Numbered from the stretch's first letter, positions 55,212 through 63,906 are shown. The stretch is DNA of 64,000 nucleotides from a virus (IMGVR_UViG_3300031555_004037), one strand, 5' to 3'. Notes: generated from the sequence alone by a model not told the origin. Translations and numbers: made by a program.

Positions 55212-55604
55212 ATGTGGAATCTTAAAGACTTGGAAAAAGAAACAAGTAAACTTATCAATAAATATCCAAAAGAGAAAGAGAAAATTCTAAAATATAAGAA
55301 AGATTTTATAAATATGTATAATGACTATATAAATGTTAATGCTATTTATAAAATTATGGAAAATGAAATTGTACCGAATTTTAGAAATAAGATTGAGTAT
55401 TTTGATGAGGTTGATAGAATTATTGACCTTATGGAAAAGGTTACATATATTTTTGATAGTAGCATTGAAGAGTTTAAAGAACATATTTTTATTGAAGAGT
55501 ATTTTCCGTCTATGCGTAATTGGATTGACGGATTAGAATTAGATTCATTAGAAGACTTACATCATATTCAATTAGCGATTTTGGAGATTGATAATAAATG
55601 TTAA
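55212..55604 (+). CDS. Hypothetical protein
   Basis: ORF, SD. Confidence 0.6.
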   Translation: MWNLKDLEKETSKLINKYPKEKEKILKYKKDFINMYNDYINVNAIYKIMENEIVPNFRNKIEYFDEVDRIIDLMEKVTYIFDSSIEEFKEHIFIEEYFPSMRNWIDGLELDSLEDLHHIQLAILEIDNKC

Positions 55605-56122
55605 GAGAACACTTTGGAGAATTACCAACATTAAATACTAATGATATATTATGTTCTATAACAAAATGCTTTAATCAAGAAAGAGATTGGACTTGCTGTA
55701 TTGCTTGTTTAAGAACAATTAGTTCAAATACATTAGGAACAGAAAAAGAGTTAATTGATACATATAATTTTACACCAGGTCCTTATTATTCCAAAGATAT
55801 AAAAAATAAACACATATTAGATAATTATGATGTTATTTATGGGTGTGATATTGAAAATAAAACACCAAAGATGTTATGTAAACTACTTAATGACTATAAT
55901 ATAATGATAGAAACAATGTTAAATTATGACCATTGGTTAGTTGTATTAGGATATTTTACAAACAATACAAATGAGATAAATAAACATCAAATATTATTAT
56001 ATGACCCTTATTTTAATAATGTAAGATTAGAAAATGCCGAAGAAATTTTTAGTATGTGGGTAAGTGGAGAGCATACTATAAATAATATTAAATGTGATTT
56101 TATTGCAATTAGGAGAGATTAA
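55598..56122 (+). CDS. Papain-like C39-type cysteine peptidase
   Basis: NQ..WTCCIAC, DHWLVVLGY, LYDPY. Confidence 0.65.
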   Translation: MLREHFGELPTLNTNDILCSITKCFNQERDWTCCIACLRTISSNTLGTEKELIDTYNFTPGPYYSKDIKNKHILDNYDVIYGCDIENKTPKMLCKLLNDYNIMIETMLNYDHWLVVLGYFTNNTNEINKHQILLYDPYFNNVRLENAEEIFSMWVSGEHTINNIKCDFIAIRRD

Positions 56123-56124
56123 AT

Positions 56125-56286
56125 ATGAAGAAAGAATATATACTTATCCCATTAACAATAATTATTTCTTTTGTATTAGGATATATTATAGGAAGTGATT
56201 TTGGTTGGTCTAGTGCATATAGAGAATTAACAGATTCTTCTGCTTGTAGAATGACCAAACGAAATTATCATAAACAAATAGGTTAA
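56125..56286 (+). CDS. Small membrane protein
   Basis: Manual ORF, one TM, SD. Confidence 0.5.
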   Translation: MKKEYILIPLTIIISFVLGYIIGSDFGWSSAYRELTDSSACRMTKRNYHKQIG

Positions 56287-56375
56287 GAACAAATGATAAC
56301 CTCTTGATTATGGACGCATAATTGAGTAGTAAAATGTGTAGTGGGGCAGTACGACTTTAAATACTGTCAGATTAT

Positions 56376-56447
56376 TGCCCTATGTTGTAATGGTTAGCAA
56401 ACAAGTCTTTGACACTTGGGGTAAGAGTTCGATTCTCTTTGGGGCTG
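56376..56447 (+). tRNA. tRNA-Gln(TTG), second copy
   Basis: CAAGT-CT TTG AC-ACTTG. Confidence 0.9.
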
Positions 56448-56451
56448 CTAT

Positions 56452-56602
56452 GGGTATTAAGTGCAACGAAATATAGATAAATTCTAGGATAGTTTATAAA
56501 GTAGTATTTGGAACGCACAAGATATATAGCAAAGTAATAATTCTTCCTAGTAGATTATTATGATTATGATATATTGAGCAAGTTCAAATCTTGTAATACT
56601 CT
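56452..56602 (+). ncRNA. Expanded tRNA-like RNA with enlarged D- and anticodon arms
   Basis: GGGTATT/AATACTC, GTGC/GCAC, GATATAT/ATATATT, GCAAG-TTCAAAT-CTTGT; loops CTAGGA/TCCTAG. Confidence 0.75.
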
Positions 56603-56607
56603 CTTAT

Positions 56608-56681
56608 GGGTGTGTAAAGATAATTGGAAATCGCTCGGACTCCAAATCCGTAGTACGAGGGTTCGATTCCTTCCTCACCTG
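56608..56681 (+). tRNA. tRNA-Trp(CCA)
   Basis: CGGA-CT CCA AA-TCCG, G73. Confidence 0.9.
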
Positions 56682-56779
56682 TTATTAAACACACTAAATT
56701 AAATACATTAGCATCAAATCCTGCATATTATAGAAGAGTTTTTGATTATGCTTATTAGATTTGATAGAAAGGAATTTAT

Positions 56780-57214
56780 ATGAATTATATTGGAATTGAC
56801 CCTGGTAAAAATGGTGGAATTGCAGTTATATCTGATAATGGAGATATTATTAGTTTACATACTTTTTCAGAAGAAATTATAGTAGATGTATTACATAAAC
56901 ATAGAGATTGTAAGTGTGTTTTAGAAAAAGTAAATGCTATGCCAGGTCAGGGTGTGGTATCAATGTTTAATTTTGGAGTTAATTTTGGTTTTATTCAAGG
57001 TGTGTTAAAATCAAATGAAATTCCTTTTGAATTAACTCCCCCTCAAAAATGGAAGAAAGAATTTAGTGTTACAAAAGATAAAAATACATCTATTGAGGTA
57101 GCAAAAAGATTATTTCCTAATGTAAATCTAAAAGCAACTGATAGATGTAAAAAAGACCACGATGGTTTAGCAGAATCACTTTTAATGGCAGAATATGCTA
57201 GAAGAAAATTATAA
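56780..57214 (+). CDS. RuvC-like Holliday junction resolvase
   Basis: IGIDPG, VLEKV, MFNFG, P.KWK, DGLAESLL. Confidence 0.85.
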   Translation: MNYIGIDPGKNGGIAVISDNGDIISLHTFSEEIIVDVLHKHRDCKCVLEKVNAMPGQGVVSMFNFGVNFGFIQGVLKSNEIPFELTPPQKWKKEFSVTKDKNTSIEVAKRLFPNVNLKATDRCKKDHDGLAESLLMAEYARRKL

Positions 57215-57221
57215 TATATAT

Positions 57222-57254
57222 GTCCTCGTAGTCTAATGGATAGGCAACGGACTT
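57222..57254 (+). pseudogene. 5' half of a tRNA truncated in the anticodon loop
   Basis: GTCCTCG-TA-GTCT-AATGGAT-AGGC-A-ACGGA-CTT, no 3' half. Confidence 0.7.
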
Positions 57255-57258
57255 ATAA

Positions 57259-57331
57259 GCACCAATAGCTCAATGGAGAGAGCAATGGGTTTCTACCCCA
57301 TAGGTTGTGAGTTCAAATCTTACTTGGTGCA
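57259..57331 (+). tRNA. tRNA-Arg(TCT)
   Basis: ATGGG-TT TCT AC-CCCAT. Confidence 0.9.
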
Positions 57332-57349
57332 TTTTTAGGAGAGATTTAT

Positions 57350-57909
57350 ATGATTGCTTATTATGACGGAATGAAAATTTATTTTAATGGTCTTTATCCA
57401 GAAGTTAATTTTCCAACTCATCCAAAGGCTCGTTCTAATGGTCGAGTATATATTCATATATTACAAATGGAGAAAAAATTAAAAAGACCATTAACTAATG
57501 AAGAGGTTGTACACCACAAAGACCAAAATAGAGAAAATTTTGAATTTGATAATTTATGGTGTTTTGCAACAAGGGCAGACCACGCTCGTTTTCATAATGG
57601 TGGAATTGCTATTAAAAAGGAGATGTATACATAAGTATATATTCAAAAAATACACAAAAAACCTGTAAAAAATGTGGAAAATTTATAAATTACCAAAGTA
57701 AAAATTATTGTGTTTGTTGTTATCAAAATTCATTAAAAATTGATGGTGGATTACGAAAAGTAATTAAACCAACAAAAGAAGAATTAGAAAAACTAATATA
57801 TACTGATTCTTTTTTATCCATTGGTAAAAAATATGGTGTTAGTGATAATGCTGTAAGAAAATGGTGTAAATCTTATAATTTACCCTATCGTAAAAAAGAT
57901 TTGATATAG
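57350..57909 (+). pseudogene. Frameshifted HNH homing endonuclease (HNH + Zn finger + HTH)
   Basis: VHHKDQNRENF..NL; one extra A at 57614-57618 joins it to CKKCG..KKYGVSDNAVRKW. Confidence 0.8.
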
Positions 57910-57938
57910 ATTTTAAAATCTATTGATAATATATAATA

Positions 57939-58079
57939 ATTATAGTGATGGAATAAGTAGACATTAATAAATGAATAAGTTGTAGTAGGAGTCGTTAAAT
58001 ACCTTATGTCCTTTCCGTATAATATACGATACCCTTTCGGAATCTACAATATGTAAGGTGTAAATCCTTACCTATAATT
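57939..58079 (+). ncRNA. Expanded tRNA-like RNA (Leu-type D-arm)
   Basis: ATTATAG/CTATAAT, TGATG/CATTA, GTTGTAG/CTACAAT, GTAAGG-TGTAAAT-CCTTAC. Confidence 0.6.
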
Positions 58080-58087
58080 ATTATTTT

Positions 58088-58173
58088 GCTGTGTTCCCAT
58101 AATTGGTATTGGAGCAGATTGCTAATCTGTCGGTCATTTATTTGGCTTGTGGGTTCGAGTCCCTCACACAGCG
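58088..58173 (+). tRNA. tRNA-Ser(GCT)
   Basis: GCAGA-TT GCT AA-TCTGT, variable arm. Confidence 0.92.
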
Positions 58174-58200
58174 TTTATAAATTTAAAAAGGAGATTAAAT

Positions 58201-59187
58201 ATGTTTAAAAAATCACTTATAACAACACTATGTTTTATTACAATTATGGCTTGTATGACAGGTTGTAATAAAAAAACCACAACATCAGAAACAATAAATT
58301 CAGAAAATTCAAGTGTAATTGAAGAAACAACTGAAACAGTTGTTGAAGATGAAAACACAGACACAGAAGATGTAGTAACAAAATCTAAAATGCTTTATTT
58401 AAATAGTGATATGTTATCAACTGACGAATTTGTACCTAATAGACCAGAAAAGGTATTAAATACCGATATTACATTACCTATTTCAAAAGATTTTAGTGAG
58501 TTTAATGATTACCAAGTAAAAGAATATATGAATAAAGAATTTGAACAATGTACTTGGGAAGATATTTATGTAAATAATTATCCTGTATCAAGACTTGTAT
58601 TTGGGGATGAATATGGTGTAGAGGCAAGTGCTTATTTTGAACTTTATACACCTAATACTGTGGATGTACATAATGCTGATGAATATATAGCATTTCTACA
58701 ATTTGATTTTCCTGTAAGAGAAATTGATAGAATGACTTTAACATCAAATGCTGAATATATTGATAATAGTATTTATACACTTGCATTTATTAGTAATTCT
58801 GTATTAGGAAATGATGAAGAATGTGTAAGTGGTGTTGCTTTAACAGATATAATTGATTATTATGGAAAACCTAATTATATAAATTTTGATTATGATGAAG
58901 AAACACTAAAAGAAAAAATTAGTAATTTTACAAATGAAGATTATGTAATTGAAGATAAAAAAATTGAATTTACTTATACATTGGGTTGGATATATGAAGA
59001 TTGTTATATGGAGGTAGAAGTATCAGAAAGACAATATGGAGAAAAAATGAATACTGATATTCCATATCAAATTAGAGTAAATTCTATATCATTTTTAACT
59101 TATAATGATGATGTTGTTAATGCAGCAAATACAATAAATGATAGGGATTTATTTATTAAAGTATATGACGAAGTTGTAAATAATTAA
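58201..59187 (+). CDS. Acidic lipoprotein
   Basis: MTGC lipobox; start moved from ORF track. Confidence 0.75.
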   Translation: MFKKSLITTLCFITIMACMTGCNKKTTTSETINSENSSVIEETTETVVEDENTDTEDVVTKSKMLYLNSDMLSTDEFVPNRPEKVLNTDITLPISKDFSEFNDYQVKEYMNKEFEQCTWEDIYVNNYPVSRLVFGDEYGVEASAYFELYTPNTVDVHNADEYIAFLQFDFPVREIDRMTLTSNAEYIDNSIYTLAFISNSVLGNDEECVSGVALTDIIDYYGKPNYINFDYDEETLKEKISNFTNEDYVIEDKKIEFTYTLGWIYEDCYMEVEVSERQYGEKMNTDIPYQIRVNSISFLTYNDDVVNAANTINDRDLFIKVYDEVVNN

Positions 59188-59199
59188 ATATTATAATTT

Positions 59200-59232
59200 A
59201 TAAGGGCTTATAATTAGCCCTTATATTTTTTT
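59200..59232 (+). terminator. Intrinsic terminator
   Basis: TAAGGGCT/AGCCCTTA + T tract. Confidence 0.7.
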
Positions 59233-59303
59233 AGGGAATTGGTGTAATAGTAGCACGATAGACTCTGACTCTATAAATAGGGGTTCAACTCCCTTATTCC
59301 CTA
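59233..59303 (+). tRNA. tRNA-Gln(CTG)
   Basis: ATAGA-CT CTG AC-TCTAT. Confidence 0.92.
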
Positions 59304-59388
59304 CTATAAGAATACTAATGATAAATTAGATATGATTACTTTCAAAGAGTTAAAAAGTATTTAATAAATTTAAAGGAGAATTAAAAAT

Positions 59389-60207
59389 ATGAAATTTTTC
59401 TTGTTTAGAAATTTAATTTCAATTATATCATATATTATACTAGCAACAATTTTAAATTTATTAGGTTGTTATAATGTAATTACAGGTAGTTTATTATTTA
59501 TATTTGAAACCTTAATGTTAGTTAGGGGTGCTTATATACATATGATGAAACCTATGAAAGAAATGATACAATTAGTAGATGAAACCGATTGGGAATCAGA
59601 CGAAATAGATTTTGATAAATTTGATGAAATTCAAAGGGGTAGTTTTGCCTTTAATTTGAATATTTTAATTGAAAAATATAAGTTTTTAGTTAATATAATT
59701 GAAAAGAAACAAGGTGTAGTACACAACTTAAATTATTTAAGTGAACACGATGAATTAACTGGTTGTTATAATAGAGTTAAATTAGATAAGAGGAAACATA
59801 GATATGAAAATGCTTATACAACAACTGTTATTTATATTGATGTAAATAATTTAAAACTAATGAATGATACATTTGGTCACGAATCAGGAGATGCTATTTT
59901 AAAAAGAGCATCAAAACAATTAGGATATTGGTTAATATACGGAGATTTATATAGACTTGGTGGAGATGAATTTATGATAGTTATTCTTGATAAAGAAGAA
60001 GACGAAATTTCAACTCTATTAGATACTTGGTATAAAAATTTAAATATTTTAAATAGAGAGAAAGACGGATTTATTTGTAATTTATCTTATGGAACAGCAT
60101 CTAAAACAAAATCTCAAAAAATTAGTTTAGAAGAACTAATAGCAGACGCAGACAATAAAATGTATGAAATGAAGAAAAAACTAAAAGAGAATAATTATAT
60201 AGTTTAA
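59389..60207 (+). CDS. Membrane-anchored diguanylate cyclase (GGDEF)
   Basis: Two TM segments, HDELTGCYNR, IDVNNLKLMNDTFGHESGD, RLGGDEF, AD.KMY..K. Confidence 0.92.
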   Translation: MKFFLFRNLISIISYIILATILNLLGCYNVITGSLLFIFETLMLVRGAYIHMMKPMKEMIQLVDETDWESDEIDFDKFDEIQRGSFAFNLNILIEKYKFLVNIIEKKQGVVHNLNYLSEHDELTGCYNRVKLDKRKHRYENAYTTTVIYIDVNNLKLMNDTFGHESGDAILKRASKQLGYWLIYGDLYRLGGDEFMIVILDKEEDEISTLLDTWYKNLNILNREKDGFICNLSYGTASKTKSQKISLEELIADADNKMYEMKKKLKENNYIV

Positions 60208-60221
60208 GAAAGGAATTTATT

Positions 60222-61517
60222 ATGAAAAGAAAACTAATTATAACACTTTGTATTTTATCTATTTGTAGTTTGGTCGGTTGTAATAAAGAAGAAACTACTA
60301 CATCAGAAGTTACAACTGAAACAACTGAAATTGAAACAACTGAAACTACTACAGAAGAAGTAGAAGAAGAAACCGAAGAAATTTATGAGTATAATTTAAG
60401 AAAATATGATGTTAGAGCAGATAAAAATGCAGAAGAATGTAATAATTATGTAGCAGATTTTTTTGAGGGTAAATTAGTTGATACCAAAACTATTGATGGT
60501 ACTGATTATTATTTAGATGAAAATACAAATATTCATCGGTATGCAGAGGGTTGGGATGGTTCAGAAATGGACTTATTAGCCTTAACTTGTGAAAAAACAA
60601 ATATTACTGATTTTAATTATATGAAAATTGAAAACAATATTTTATTTGTTGTGGATAGTAATGGAAATTATTATATTAGCAAAATTGACGATATTTCTAA
60701 TTTAGAAACACCTTTTACTGAAATTGCAAAAGGTAAATTTACATTAAATGTTAGTGTTGCTAGTGTTTCTATTGCAGAAGATGAAACTATCACTATGACT
60801 TTAATTGATTTAGACAATAAGAAATATATTGATATTATCAATAAGGAAGTAGAAATTGTTGAAGAAAAAGACACAAAGAAATCTAATAAAGAAGAAACAG
60901 AAGAAACTACAGAAGAAATTGTTATTGAAAAAATAGATGATAATGAATATTGGCATTTAAACAATAAAACATCATTAGATGTGTCAGTTATGTCCCAAGT
61001 AAATACTTGGTTTTTAGACGGAGATAATTATTTGCATATTTTAAATGATGAAAATGTATTTATGGAATTAAAAAATATTAAAATGAAAGCCTTAATTGGA
61101 GAAAATGATAATGAAGAAGATTTATATTGTTATGCAATAGGAGAAGATAATACTATTTATGTGTTATCTAATACTGAAAAAGTGGTAGAAGAAATTGTTG
61201 ATGAAGAAAATATTGAAGAAGAAACTACTGAAAATGTAGAAGAAACTGATGTAGAAGAAGAAACAGTTGGAGAAATTCCTTTTGATATTTCAAATTCTAC
61301 TATTATTATAGGTACAATTAAAGGTATTGAGGGAGAAATTGAATTTTTCACTACATTTGAAGATAACATAATTATTAAAACAACTGAAAATTGTTATTCT
61401 ATTGATAAAGATTTGACTATTTCCTTTTATAAAAAATATAATGGTTATGATAACATCATTCAAATTTATCAAAATAGATTTATCACAGACACTAATTTAT
61501 ATAAAATTTTAAACTAA
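60222..61517 (+). CDS. Acidic Glu/Thr-rich lipoprotein
   Basis: LVGC lipobox. Confidence 0.75.
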   Translation: MKRKLIITLCILSICSLVGCNKEETTTSEVTTETTEIETTETTTEEVEEETEEIYEYNLRKYDVRADKNAEECNNYVADFFEGKLVDTKTIDGTDYYLDENTNIHRYAEGWDGSEMDLLALTCEKTNITDFNYMKIENNILFVVDSNGNYYISKIDDISNLETPFTEIAKGKFTLNVSVASVSIAEDETITMTLIDLDNKKYIDIINKEVEIVEEKDTKKSNKEETEETTEEIVIEKIDDNEYWHLNNKTSLDVSVMSQVNTWFLDGDNYLHILNDENVFMELKNIKMKALIGENDNEEDLYCYAIGEDNTIYVLSNTEKVVEEIVDEENIEEETTENVEETDVEEETVGEIPFDISNSTIIIGTIKGIEGEIEFFTTFEDNIIIKTTENCYSIDKDLTISFYKKYNGYDNIIQIYQNRFITDTNLYKILN

Positions 61518-61521
61518 AATG

Positions 61522-61615
61522 GTTTACATAATATTGAAAATAACCATAGGTTTACATAAGAAATTTACATAATTCTTATTCGTGTTTACATAATATTATG
61601 CGTTAGTTTACATAA
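61522..61615 (+). repeat. Five direct repeats (G)TTTACATAA, intergenic
   Basis: TTTACATAA at 61523, 61551, 61564, 61585, 61607; sixth at 63529. Confidence 0.9.
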
Positions 61616-61688
61616 TGCTAATTTCCCCAAAACGCCCTATTTTCAAGGGTTTTGAGCGAAAAAAATTTTTAAAATTTTCAAAAAATCG

Positions 61689-61717
61689 TTTACAAATATT
61701 GGTCTTTTTGCTATAAT
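61689..61717 (+). promoter_or_regulatory. SigA-type promoter
   Basis: TTTACA-N17-TATAAT, TG extension. Confidence 0.8.
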
Positions 61718-61812
61718 GATTAATGTAATCAATGAGTGAGATTACAAAAAATGTTTTGCAAAACACCACAGTAAAAGAAAAATGTATGAGCGTAATGGAG
61801 GAAAATTTTTTT

Positions 61813-62262
61813 ATGAAGAAGAATGTAATTTTAAATGTATCAAGTTTTGTAATGTTAATTATTAGTGTGGTGCTTTTTGCATTGTCGACAAGTACGATTG
61901 CACACGCAGAGATTGATAATGAACCGAAGTATGATGTAGTTGTAGATTTGGAATCTTTAGACGGAACTAATTTAGTTCAGTATTCAAATGAAAATAATGT
62001 TCCTATATATGACGGATATACAACTAGATGTGTTGTAAAGCATTATTCTAGTAATGGAAATGGATTTGAAGAGTTTCATTCAACAACAATGGATTATCAG
62101 TACATCGAAGAAATTAGTGAGAGTAAGTGTACTGTTGCTGGTGGAGTATTAGTACCAGAAGATTCAAAAGGTTATTATATGACCCTTGAATATACAGTTA
62201 TTGATGAAAATAACAACATTATCGAACAGAAAATTATTGGTTCGGACAAGGTAACACTTTAA
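61813..62262 (+). CDS. Secreted protein
   Basis: Signal peptide ending AHA; start uncertain. Confidence 0.6.
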   Translation: MKKNVILNVSSFVMLIISVVLFALSTSTIAHAEIDNEPKYDVVVDLESLDGTNLVQYSNENNVPIYDGYTTRCVVKHYSSNGNGFEEFHSTTMDYQYIEEISESKCTVAGGVLVPEDSKGYYMTLEYTVIDENNNIIEQKIIGSDKVTL

Positions 62263-62288
62263 AAAACACACATAAATACATATATTAT

Positions 62289-62315
62289 AAAAGGCACTTT
62301 ATAAGTGTCTTTTTT
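62289..62315 (+). terminator. Intrinsic terminator
   Basis: AAGGCACTT/AAGTGTCTT + T tract. Confidence 0.75.
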
Positions 62316-62330
62316 AATGGGGGAAATTAA

Positions 62331-62792
62331 ATGAATATATATGAAGATTTTAAAATTATTAAAGAAGAAAGACTAGAAGATAAAAGTCAATTTTATTTAT
62401 ATGTATTGGAAAATTCACAAGGCAATATAAAAATAGGAAAATCTTCTAATATAAAGGAAAGAATTAAAAGTTTATCTAATAGTAATAGTGGGGGCAATAA
62501 ATTGATTAGAGTTGCAATAAGTCCACCTACATATATTACATTTTTAGAAAGAACTTTACACGAACATTATCATACTTATAGATTAGATGGAGAATGGTTT
62601 GATGGACATAAAATATCCTTTGAAGATATAGTTGAATTTATTGATACAAAAATATTTAATGACGGTTTTCAAGCAAGAGATTTACGATATAAGAAAATTG
62701 TAGAAGATAAAATTAAAAAACAAAAGGCATTAAATGATAAAAGACAGAAATTATTAGAAGAACAAGAATTTATGGATAAATTCAAGGAATAA
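62331..62792 (+). CDS. GIY-YIG / T5orf172-like protein
   Basis: YLYV, IKIGKS..R..L, LE..LH, GEWF. Confidence 0.78.
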   Translation: MNIYEDFKIIKEERLEDKSQFYLYVLENSQGNIKIGKSSNIKERIKSLSNSNSGGNKLIRVAISPPTYITFLERTLHEHYHTYRLDGEWFDGHKISFEDIVEFIDTKIFNDGFQARDLRYKKIVEDKIKKQKALNDKRQKLLEEQEFMDKFKE

Positions 62793-62805
62793 CTATTTAA
62801 TTATA
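62793..62805 (+). promoter_or_regulatory. CTATTTAATTATA motif
   Basis: Exact copy right after a stop codon. Confidence 0.6.
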
Positions 62806-62934
62806 CGAAAAAGATAAAAATTTTTCACTTATAGTGTGAACAAATTTATAAAATTTAGATATAATACATATAGCAAAGTGAGAGATATATCTTATCTTTG
62901 TTTAGATATGAAATTATTTAAGGAGGAAATACAA

Positions 62935-63417
62935 ATGTTTAATACTTTTATTGAAGAACTTTTAAATCTTGAAAGAGCAAGAATTAAGCCAGTTATTACT
63001 GATGAAATTTGTATCATTGTAGATGATAGGGGTGCTAGAAGAGTTTGCAAGTGTGAGAAAAAGGCAGAACCTAATAAAGTAGAAAACAAGATACTTAAAA
63101 AGGTAGATAAGGTTATTTTCAAAGACCCTGTAACAGTAGTATTTTGGAAAGATGGTACAAGAACAACTGTTAAGTGTACTGGCGATGAAAAGTATGACCC
63201 AGAAAAGGGGTTTGCTATGGCAGTATTAAAGAAATTACTTGGTAATAAGTATGATTACTATGTAGATGTTCAGGAAGTAATTTCTATGTTCTCAAAGGTA
63301 GACGAGCCTACTACTGAAAAGGTAGAAACAAAGGCAGAAACAAAGTCTACTGAAAAGACAACAAAGAAAACTGCTACAAAGACAGCAACAAAGTCTTCAA
63401 CAACAAAGAAGAAGTAA
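62935..63417 (+). CDS. Hypothetical protein with Lys/Thr-rich tail
   Basis: KVIFKDPVTVVFWKDGT; AAGGAGG SD. Confidence 0.65.
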   Translation: MFNTFIEELLNLERARIKPVITDEICIIVDDRGARRVCKCEKKAEPNKVENKILKKVDKVIFKDPVTVVFWKDGTRTTVKCTGDEKYDPEKGFAMAVLKKLLGNKYDYYVDVQEVISMFSKVDEPTTEKVETKAETKSTEKTTKKTATKTATKSSTTKKK

Positions 63418-63422
63418 ATAAT

Positions 63423-63464
63423 AAAGAGTAATGTTTGCATTTTTTGGTGTGAACATTACTTTTT
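63423..63464 (+). terminator. Intrinsic terminator
   Basis: AGTAATGTTTGCA/TGTGAACATTACT + T tract. Confidence 0.75.
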
Positions 63465-63478
63465 ATACAATTTTTCTG

Positions 63479-63507
63479 TTTACAAAATGAATATTTCGTG
63501 TTATAAT
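63479..63507 (+). promoter_or_regulatory. SigA-type promoter
   Basis: TTTACA-N17-TATAAT, TG extension. Confidence 0.8.
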
Positions 63508-63561
63508 AAAAATATATTAAACGGACAGTTTACATAATATATTAACACGGAGGGAAATTAA

Positions 63562-63906
63562 ATGATGAACAGAATGATTAAATTAGGAAACAGAGTTAGA
63601 AATATTACATTTGGAATGGGTGTAGTTGGTATCTTTTTGTTTGGTATGTCATTAGACACAGAGGGCATTTTCTATAAATATATTATTGTTGGAATGATTA
63701 TTTCATTATTATTATTTATAGTTGCTTTTATTATTGATAGAGTGATTTATTGTATATCAAACAATTCATATGATTATGATACTACTGATTATAATAAATT
63801 GTGTATCGAAATGGATAATTTAGACGGATATTATAATTGGTTACATATAAATAATTATAGAGATACTGAAAAAGCCTATGATTTCTATTGTAATAACATA
63901 ATGTAA
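63562..63906 (+). CDS. Membrane protein
   Basis: Two TM segments, SD. Confidence 0.6.
   Translation: MMNRMIKLGNRVRNITFGMGVVGIFLFGMSLDTEGIFYKYIIVGMIISLLLFIVAFIIDRVIYCISNNSYDYDTTDYNKLCIEMDNLDGYYNWLHINNYRDTEKAYDFYCNNIM

Noticed and set aside
57611-57620. Programmed -1 frameshift in HNH
   Set aside because: TAAAAAG is not a full slippery heptamer and no stimulator is seen; deletion or assembly error is simpler
38670-59303. rRNA fragments or a host chromosome tRNA operon
   Set aside because: No rRNA signatures; divergent CCA-less tRNAs interleaved with phage-type genes
61522-61615. Mini CRISPR array
   Set aside because: Repeats only 9-10 bp with 4-19-nt gaps
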